36,926 nt of DNA from a virus (taxonomy: Duplodnaviria; Caudoviricetes): the IMG/VR virus record IMGVR_UViG_3300002091_000057, positions 1 to 36,926 of that record. One strand, given 5' to 3'. Made by a program: the position numbers and the translations under genes. The notes below the pieces were generated by a model that worked only from the letters and a program-made list of their open reading frames with translations, searched no databases and was not told the DNA's origin. This document shows, piece after piece, positions 1 to 5,140 of the stretch. Numbering within the stretch: the stretch's first letter is position 1; every line of letters begins with the position of its first letter.

Positions 1-198
1 AGTGTCGGTCTGTCGGGCCTGTAGAAAGTCTTCTACCAAGAGTTCTTCATAGCTACGGCCGCCTGAGCGTTGGTCCAGGACCTCCAGCAGGTGTTTGATT
101 GTGACATTGTCTCTACTGCCAGGTTTACGACCGGCACCGGGTCTGGCACCGCCGCGGCTTGAGATCTTGGGCTTGCCTGTTTTAGCGTTTGTTTCCAT
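1..198 (-). CDS. Partial diverged allele of the putative terminase small subunit (METNAKTGKPKISSRGGARPGAGRKPG...), truncated by the window edge
   Basis: ATG at 198 lies 4 nt after TAAATA (203-208). It aligns codon for codon with 34558 downward, with mostly synonymous changes. Confidence 0.75.
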   Translation of the reverse strand, partial: METNAKTGKPKISSRGGARPGAGRKPGSRDNVTIKHLLEVLDQRSGGRSYEELLVEDFLQARQTDT

Positions 199-258
199 AC
201 AGTATTTAGTGTTCGGAAACTATTGATAGATTTCCGTGCGGAACTGGATCTGCTGCAG

Positions 259-286
259 AAAAAGCCCCAGCAATCACACTTGGGGC
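259..286 (-). terminator. Rho-independent terminator after the 296-463 gene
   Basis: GCCCCA...TGGGGC stem (264-286) followed by TTTTT on the minus strand, 10 nt after the stop codon. Confidence 0.75.
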
Positions 287-295
287 CTCCCCGTT

Positions 296-463
296 TCACG
301 CAAGTTCTAACTGTTGTTTCAACGCTTCTATTTCAGCTTGTTGTTGCCGTAGCATGGTGGCTATATCATTCATTACATTTTTTGGTTCATTATCTATCCA
401 TTCCCTAATAGGAATTTCACAAGACAAGCCATCAGCAATTTCAGCCAATTCAATTGCAGTCAT
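296..463 (-). CDS. 55-aa small early protein (MTAIELAEIADGLSCEIPIREWIDNEPKNVMNDIATMLRQQQAEIEALKQQLELA), not in ORF track
   Basis: Translated by hand. GAAGGAAGGAAAAC RBS, upstream sigma70 promoter, downstream terminator, C-terminal coiled-coil pattern. Confidence 0.8.
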   Translation of the reverse strand: MTAIELAEIADGLSCEIPIREWIDNEPKNVMNDIATMLRQQQAEIEALKQQLELA

Positions 464-496
464 AGTTTTCCTTCCTTCGAGTCGAACTCGGCTCGT

Positions 497-525
497 AGTA
501 TACTACATGAACCGTTTGGGGTCAA
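497..525 (-). promoter_or_regulatory. sigma70-type promoter TTGACC-N17-TATACT
   Basis: -35 at 525-520, -10 at 502-497, exact 17-bp spacer, upstream of the 463 ATG. Confidence 0.8.
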
Positions 526-785
526 ATCTCGTGGACAACCAATCGGACCACTGTGTAATCCTGCGTGCCGGTGGCATAGTTCAATCTAGCAGCCAATCTG
601 TGTGCGTGTGCAGGACCAGTGAACACTGTTCTTGTGTATTTTCGATCCAGCACAGTTTCGGTATAGGCCGATATGATCTGGCCAGATCGGGCTATGGTCC
701 ACAAACCGCGCACTGCTTGTGTGATCAGGTGCTGACCTGGTTGGTTCCAGGCCACTTGGTCAAGTCTGGCAGCAGCGGGTCTCAT
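522..785 (-). CDS. 87-aa hypothetical phage protein, probably leaderless and late-promoter driven
   Basis: ORF starts 5 nt after TATAAATA (798-791 on minus). Confidence 0.7.
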   Translation of the reverse strand: MRPAAARLDQVAWNQPGQHLITQAVRGLWTIARSGQIISAYTETVLDRKYTRTVFTGPAHAHRLAARLNYATGTQDYTVVRLVVHEI

Positions 786-790
786 GTGGA

Positions 791-809
791 TATTTATAAA
801 CTATAAATA
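791..809. promoter_or_regulatory. Back-to-back pair of perfect T4-late-type boxes (TATAAATA on each strand)
   Basis: TATTTATA at 791-798 and TATAAATA at 802-809. TATAAATA is the established T4 gp55 late promoter consensus. Confidence 0.7.
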
Positions 810-814
810 TGCAC

Positions 815-1042
815 TTATGCAAACCAATCTTGTAGTATGGCGTCGTCGATCCGGAGCTTGGGAACTGGCCTCTGTGGTAGCTCGATCTCAACCTGGTCGG
901 CTTCGGGCTGAACAATTTCTAGATTCATGGCCCAAGATCGTTCAAGAGCGTCAAGCACGATTGAGTCGGCCTCCGGACCCCAACGATCGCGTAATCCCTT
1001 GAAGTGTGCTTCAAGCCTTAATCGTTCGAATAATCGGGTCAT
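815..1042 (-). CDS. 75-aa hypothetical early protein
   Basis: GGAGG RBS and ATGA overlap with the upstream gene; last gene of the sigma70 operon. Confidence 0.7.
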   Translation of the reverse strand: MTRLFERLRLEAHFKGLRDRWGPEADSIVLDALERSWAMNLEIVQPEADQVEIELPQRPVPKLRIDDAILQDWFA

Positions 1043-1281
1043 TCTACTGCCTCCAACTCTTTGCGAAGTTGTCTGTGTTCAGCAGGATCAAGATACTGTT
1101 CTGCTATGTTCCATTTTACAAAGTTCATATCATCTTCAAACCAATCCCAAGCATCGTCAAGACTGTTATAAGTTTTGTCAAGATATGTTGCCTTGCCGTC
1201 AACCATTTTAGGTTTATTAGCAATCATAGCCAAGCATATTCTCTTTAATGTTGCTTCTGGTGATAATACGCAATAAGTCAT
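1039..1281 (-). CDS. 80-aa hypothetical early protein
   Basis: GAGG RBS and ATGA overlaps at both ends. Confidence 0.8.
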   Translation of the reverse strand: MTYCVLSPEATLKRICLAMIANKPKMVDGKATYLDKTYNSLDDAWDWFEDDMNFVKWNIAEQYLDPAEHRQLRKELEAVE

Positions 1282-1451
1282 TCTGTGGCCTCTTTAATAA
1301 ACCATTTAGCACCGCAACAATAAAGGATTCTATTTAATGTAGGATGATGTATTTCCATAGGTCCGTTCCAACTTTGGATTTCAAACTCGTCTATTTCTAT
1401 AGCACAAGTAGATAATAATTTCATAGCCGTAACTGAGTTTATTGGTTTCAT
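1278..1451 (-). CDS. 57-aa hypothetical early protein (MKPINSVTAMKLLSTCAIEIDEFEIQSWNGPMEIHHPTLNRILYCCGAKWFIKEATE), not in ORF track
   Basis: Translated by hand. It fills the gap exactly, with ATGA overlaps on both sides. Confidence 0.8.
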   Translation of the reverse strand: MKPINSVTAMKLLSTCAIEIDEFEIQSWNGPMEIHHPTLNRILYCCGAKWFIKEATE

Positions 1452-1654
1452 TCTGCGGCCTCCAATTGTAATTCAAGTAATTCTCTGCGAAGTTTTTCCA
1501 GGATAGGTTCAATTTGGTCGGCCAAATCTGGCATACCACGCAAGGCCATTTTGGCTTGGTGGATGTGTAACTTCTTGAGTTCCACCGGTGACATCAATTG
1601 GATAGCGTTAAGAGCCCGACTCCATTCATCTTGTGTTAGCATATTTTTTTTCAT
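1448..1654 (-). CDS. 68-aa hypothetical early protein, first gene of the sigma70 operon
   Basis: GAAAGG RBS, directly downstream of the sigma70 promoter. Confidence 0.8.
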   Translation of the reverse strand: MKKNMLTQDEWSRALNAIQLMSPVELKKLHIHQAKMALRGMPDLADQIEPILEKLRRELLELQLEAAE

Positions 1655-1699
1655 TTTGCTGCCTTTCTTTGGTGATTGATTTAACTTACTACAAATACT

Positions 1700-1728
1700 A
1701 TTATACGGTCAGGGCCATTTCTGGTCAA
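1700..1728 (-). promoter_or_regulatory. Strong sigma70-type promoter TTGACC-N17-TATAAT
   Basis: -35 at 1728-1723, perfect -10 at 1705-1700, 17-bp spacer. Confidence 0.88.
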
Positions 1729-1772
1729 TGTTGTCTTTTTGCAACACTAACCGGTGTTGTTTTTGCGCAACA
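1729..1772. promoter_or_regulatory. Two 18-bp palindromic operator-like sites TGTTG-N8-CAACA (third variant at 1931-1948)
   Basis: tgttgtctttttgcaaca 1729-1746, tgttgtttttgcgcaaca 1755-1772 and tgtggcttttgtgctaca 1931-1948. Each abuts a promoter. Confidence 0.65.
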
Positions 1773-1774
1773 AC

Positions 1775-1780
1775 TAAATA
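1775..1780 (+). promoter_or_regulatory. TAAATA late-type box upstream of putative sRNA
   Basis: CTAAATA lies 5 nt before a closed stem structure that ends in a terminator. Confidence 0.6.
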
Positions 1781-1785
1781 ACTTG

Positions 1786-1922
1786 GTCCAGGTGTTTCGA
1801 GCACGAGGTTGCCGTCAAGAGTAGCCAATTGTTCTTGTCAATACTGTTTTGGTATTGTCCTTTTTTCTATCTATCTAACTCACCTGGACATCCTCCGGCC
1901 ACCCAAAAGGTGGCTTTTTTTT
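1786..1922 (+). ncRNA. Putative ~135-nt small RNA (RNA1)
   Basis: 9-bp closing stem GTCCAGGTG/CACCTGGAC (1786-94/1881-89), inner hairpins 1807-1826 and 1839-1857 with G-U pairs, own promoter box and terminator, no credible ORF. Confidence 0.6.
1898..1922 (+). terminator. Rho-independent terminator
   Basis: GCCACC-caaaa-GGTGGC followed by 8 T. Confidence 0.85.
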
Positions 1923-1953
1923 AGGTAAATTGTGGCTTTTGTGCTACACTACA

Positions 1954-1959
1954 TAAATA
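1954..1959 (+). promoter_or_regulatory. TAAATA late-type box (CATAAATA) upstream of large structured region
   Basis: Follows the terminator and third operator palindrome; precedes ~480 nt of hairpins. Confidence 0.6.
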
Positions 1960-1964
1960 GTAGC

Positions 1965-2436
1965 AGATAGAGAGAATCCCCAGGTTGGTATGCCAAGATA
2001 ACTTATACCGACAAACCCGTTCTGATGTGTGACGGTAGTCAATTCGCTGTTGCTCTCACAGTGGCCTATACGCACTACCCTTGACCGGATGCTTAAAGAA
2101 TAATCCTATTAGTCTGAACCCTACGAATGGATGACCCTTTGCGTGTATGTAATAGTTCAAAAGTGAGTGGGAGTCACGACCGCAAGGTTACCCCACAAGA
2201 GCACTGGATCGGATGTCCTTGTATCCCCAGTCTCTGCGTGTTCGCAACCAAACAGGTGATCGCAAAACCTACCTGGCCTCAATGGCGTTGTTATAAGGAT
2301 CTGTCCGACGATACCCGTCGAAGAATCACGGCTCGGATAGCGTGATTCTATCCTCAAATTACCCATCTGTCTCAACTGCAAAGAGAAAGGCAACATTGAG
2401 TGGCGTAAGACGCTCAATAGATCTCGCAAGAGATCT
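1965..2436 (+). ncRNA. Putative large structured RNA or origin-associated transcript (RNA2)
   Basis: About 12 stems visible by eye, several with G-U pairs that work only on the + strand and GNRA loops (GCAA, GTAA). The overlapping ORFs lack RBS and look spurious. Confidence 0.55.
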
Positions 2437-2458
2437 TGAAACTGTGTATTATATAACT

Positions 2459-2746
2459 ATGACACTCATCTCAAGCATCTACTCCAACCCATATTACCTC
2501 AGAGAGAATCATCGCGAATATTCAGAAGATGATTATCGATCTCAAATTCTAGGACTTGTAAAAATGAAACCCAACTATCAGGAATACGCAACCACCCGAA
2601 TGCCATTTGGTCGATACCGAGGTTATTTCATCAAGGATGTGCCAGAGGATTATCTCAAATGGGCAGTCATGAACATAAAAGATCAGGCACGAGCCACTAT
2701 GTTTGCTATCGAATTACAAAGAAGAAATCCCCGATTACGCCGATAA
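2459..2746 (+). CDS. 95-aa protein with DUF3820 / exodeoxyribonuclease X C-terminal-like domain
   Basis: MPFGRYRGYFIKDVPEDYLKWA matches the MPFGK(Y/H)KG..I.DVP..YL.W motif. Start moved to ATG 2459 because the upstream part is the hairpin region. Confidence 0.75.
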   Translation: MTLISSIYSNPYYLRENHREYSEDDYRSQILGLVKMKPNYQEYATTRMPFGRYRGYFIKDVPEDYLKWAVMNIKDQARATMFAIELQRRNPRLRR

Positions 2747-2754
2747 TCGTGTGT

Positions 2755-2776
2755 TATTTACAGTGTGGCATAAATA
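2755..2776. promoter_or_regulatory. Divergent pair of TAAATA boxes
   Basis: TATTTA at 2755-2760 and TAAATA at 2771-2776 in the intergenic gap before the 2803 gene. Confidence 0.55.
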
Positions 2777-2802
2777 AGTTTATAGAACAGAAAGGACAAG
2801 CA

Positions 2803-2979
2803 ATGACAACAGAACACCAACGCACTTGGGATCTATTACAATCTCAACCACCCACACGACTCACACAACTTGTAGCCCAGGTACGAGGTTTACCATATCC
2901 AGCCACCTGGCGTGAGCAACAGCTGGTGCACGAGATCATGCAGGCCACTTTACGGGAGGCGGATCATGCCGGAATTTGA
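2803..2979 (+). CDS. 58-aa hypothetical protein (MTTEHQRTWDLL...)
   Basis: AAAGGA RBS at 2791-2796 before ATG 2803. Confidence 0.75.
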   Translation: MTTEHQRTWDLLQSQPPTRLTQLVAQVRGLPYPATWREQQLVHEIMQATLREADHAGI

Positions 2980-3364
2980 ATATACAAGTCGAAGACAGAT
3001 GGAACCCAGACCAGGCCGTAACTATGCCACTGAATACTACAAACAAACACAACCAGAATACAATCTGTTACGAGCACATGTGTATGCGGTAGCAGCGGAA
3101 ATAATGAGCGAACGAGACAGCAGCCAAGACACCCTGTTGTGGACCAGTGAGCCATTGAAACAATTTAAACGGAGCACTCGGGGTCAATACTACAGCCTGA
3201 TAGAAATCGTCACAGACATGGTCGCTCAATTGGCTTCACACAAGGACATACCATCAGGTATCCTGGGTCGTTGGAATCGCTTGTTTGAGGGCACCAGATG
3301 GGACATTGTGATGGTGCTTGAAGCACAAGATCGAACCACACGGTTCCAGGAGTTGTTTCAATGA
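2966..3364 (+). CDS. 132-aa hypothetical protein (MPEFEYTSRR...)
   Basis: GGAGG RBS before ATG 2966; ATGA overlap with the next gene. Confidence 0.75.
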   Translation: MPEFEYTSRRQMEPRPGRNYATEYYKQTQPEYNLLRAHVYAVAAEIMSERDSSQDTLLWTSEPLKQFKRSTRGQYYSLIEIVTDMVAQLASHKDIPSGILGRWNRLFEGTRWDIVMVLEAQDRTTRFQELFQ

Positions 3365-3768
3365 CAAATCCAGCGGGTTCAAGACCGGGCCCAAGACCCC
3401 AGGTGTGGTTGAGTGGACCTGATGAGACCAGACACCAGCAACATGTGGCCTGGCGTCAACAAAAGAATCAAGCACAGTACCGCGGCGAAATCTGGGAACT
3501 GGCGTTTGAGGACTGGATCCTGTTATGGGGTGATAAGTGGCACCTGCGTGGTAGAACTGTAAATTGTTATTGCATGACCCGTCAGGATTGGGAACTGCCT
3601 TGGACACGGGCCAATGCTCATGTGATCACTAGAGAGGAACACGCCAGAATGCAAAATGTGGCCAAAAATCAGGGTTGGGTCAGTCCAGCCAGATCTCAAT
3701 GGCGAGCCGAAACTGGCACAGCCCGCAAGCGACCCGGTCGCAAACCCAGACCCAGGACTGCACCATGA
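3361..3768 (+). CDS. Degenerate HNH/His-Me-finger-like DNA-binding protein with basic C-terminal tail
   Basis: WELAFEDW...W...RGR...YCMTRQDWELPWTRANAHVITREEH resembles the phage R-x-D...N beta-beta-alpha family, with the catalytic His not evident. Tail is RKRPGRKPRPR. Confidence 0.5.
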   Translation: MTNPAGSRPGPRPQVWLSGPDETRHQQHVAWRQQKNQAQYRGEIWELAFEDWILLWGDKWHLRGRTVNCYCMTRQDWELPWTRANAHVITREEHARMQNVAKNQGWVSPARSQWRAETGTARKRPGRKPRPRTAP

Positions 3769-4343
3769 TAGATCCTGTTCGTTTCAAACACCAGGCCACA
3801 GATCCCTGGACTTGGCGTGCAGCTACTGGACCTGATGTGCCGGCCATGGTTGACTTGGCCCTGAGAAATTATGAATCTGATGCTCGTGGACTCACCGCTG
3901 TTGATCCTGTGGAAGGCAGCAGGAACTTGATGTATGCCATAGTGAATCAAATGTACAATCCCAAGACTGATTTTGTGAGTGTGGCCGAGCGACGGTCAGA
4001 TTCGCGATTGTTGGCTTTTACCTGGTGTGTGCGTGGCATCAGACAACCTTGGTCAACAGAGGAAATGGTTGTGCCCAAGGTCTTGAGTGCAGAACTGGGT
4101 CTCAGCACTAGAACCAGATTGGCCTTGAGCATACAGGGCATGTATCTTTGGGAACGCTGGGCTCATGTGTGCGAACTCCAATTGATCAACAGTTCAAGCA
4201 TGCGACTGGATTGGTCAGCATTTATGCAACTACACATGCGTATGGGTTACAGTGTGCGTGGATCCAATGCGTTCAAACGCTTGAGTACCATCACCTATGA
4301 AGTCAATAACCAACAGGCAGTGCCCAAGATCGTATTGCCTTAA
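3765..4343 (+). CDS. GNAT-fold acetyltransferase-like protein
   Basis: N-terminal WRAATGPDVPAMVDL, central VSVAE..LLAF strands and C-terminal LHMRMGY match the GNAT pattern; ATGA overlap at the start. Confidence 0.55.
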   Translation: MIDPVRFKHQATDPWTWRAATGPDVPAMVDLALRNYESDARGLTAVDPVEGSRNLMYAIVNQMYNPKTDFVSVAERRSDSRLLAFTWCVRGIRQPWSTEEMVVPKVLSAELGLSTRTRLALSIQGMYLWERWAHVCELQLINSSSMRLDWSAFMQLHMRMGYSVRGSNAFKRLSTITYEVNNQQAVPKIVLP

Positions 4344-4351
4344 ATATTCAG

Positions 4352-4446
4352 CTACGGGTCCGTCAAGATCGTACAGGATTGAGGAGTTTTGTCCCGTTCC
4401 TCCCAGACCAAAGGTAATGGTAAACCTACTGCGACGATCTTATTGA
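4352..4446 (+). ncRNA. Putative ~90-nt three-way-junction RNA (RNA3) between convergent operons
   Basis: TAAATA at 4341-4346. Stems AAGATCGT/ACGATCTT (4365-72/4434-41), GAGGAG/TTCCTC (4381-86/4397-4402) and AGGT/ACCT (4412-15/4424-27). Strand uncertain. Confidence 0.45.
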
Positions 4447-4706
4447 GTTACGAAATGTATTACAACACCCACAAGTATCAGGATCACAGCACCGGCCCAT
4501 CGTAGATAGGTGTGTGTGGTGTCGCTTCGAATGTCAGTGATGTGAGTGTGTATGTCAGTCAAGGTTGCGTGTATCTGGTCCAAGCGACCATCCACTTCAT
4601 CAAATTTTGCTATGAGTTGGTTGTATCTTTGAGCACACAGTTCGGTGTGCAATTCCAAGTTGCTGGCTTCACCGGTCACTGGTTCTATCACAGTCATTTC
4701 AGTCAT
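4440..4706 (-). CDS. Small coiled-coil protein with one C-terminal TM helix (XhlA-like / holin-like)
   Basis: Heptad pattern FDEVDGRLDQIHATL, then hydrophobic WAGAVILILVGVVIHFV. Likely start MTEMTV at 4706. Confidence 0.6.
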   Translation of the reverse strand: MTEMTVIEPVTGEASNLELHTELCAQRYNQLIAKFDEVDGRLDQIHATLTDIHTHITDIRSDTTHTYLRWAGAVILILVGVVIHFVTQ

Positions 4707-4708
4707 GC

Positions 4709-5140
4709 CTACTCCAAGGTCACTCGCAACATCCAAAGACTCTTTTCCAAGTCCAGGGCTTGATCCTGTGCATAGTTGGCTATTTCGTCCAGCCCTTCGT
4801 CATCAGCCACTTGTATCAGATCCTTGAAATCTTCCAAGAGATTTTCTAAATCTTGTTCAACCAAGTGTAACAGTTGATCGGCTGAGCCTTCAATGGCACC
4901 AGTAGGTATAAAACTCATTTCGACCAAGTCGGCTAGATCACACGGCATGTATTCATCCATACTGCGTAACAATTCACCTATACGGTCAATTTGATCTTGT
5001 CTGCGTGTGTAAATGCCTTCGAGCAATTTGTGATCCGATCTAAAATTTCTGCCGGTCACATTCACATGTGCCACATGCGATCTAAAATATGTGACAAAAT
5101 TGTCTCTAAACAGTTGCGTTAGTTTTTCTGCTGTGTTCAT
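4709..5140 (-). CDS. dps: Dps/ferritin-like protein
   Basis: HVAHVNVTGRNFRSDHKLLEGIY...IDRIGE...EKSLWML matches the Dps H-W-N-V-x-G-x-x-F-x-x-x-H, D-x-x-A-E and K-x-x-W-M-L motifs. Confidence 0.88.
   Translation of the reverse strand: MNTAEKLTQLFRDNFVTYFRSHVAHVNVTGRNFRSDHKLLEGIYTRRQDQIDRIGELLRSMDEYMPCDLADLVEMSFIPTGAIEGSADQLLHLVEQDLENLLEDFKDLIQVADDEGLDEIANYAQDQALDLEKSLWMLRVTLE

Larger units (their letters stand above)
1..2565. repeat. Left copy of terminal direct repeat (assembly overlap of a circular/terminally redundant phage genome)
   Basis: By eye, 211-2565 is identical to 34572-36926 (offset 34361). Bases 1-210 align to 34361-34571 with about 15 substitutions and a 1-bp indel. The ORF track is duplicated at +34361. 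Confidence 0.97.

Noticed and set aside
2127-2458. ORFs 2127-2345 (+), 2157-2429 (-) and the 2342 start extension
   Set aside because: No RBS, atypical composition, and they coincide with the hairpin-dense region; most likely non-coding.
1-2565. Biological long terminal repeat or diversity-generating-retroelement TR/VR pair
   Set aside because: No reverse transcriptase is present and the differences are mostly synonymous rather than adenine-specific. Assembly overlap with strain variation is simpler; true termini need read data.
4352-4446. Hammerhead ribozyme or tRNA call
   Set aside because: No CUGANGA/GAAA core on either strand and no TTC T-loop cloverleaf; kept only as an unclassified structure.
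4703-4711. Possible TAG recoding: Dps is the only called gene ending in TAG, and readthrough would give an ATGA overlap two codons later
   Set aside because: All long genes are intact under the standard code with no internal TAG and no suppressor tRNA is seen; a single case is not evidence.
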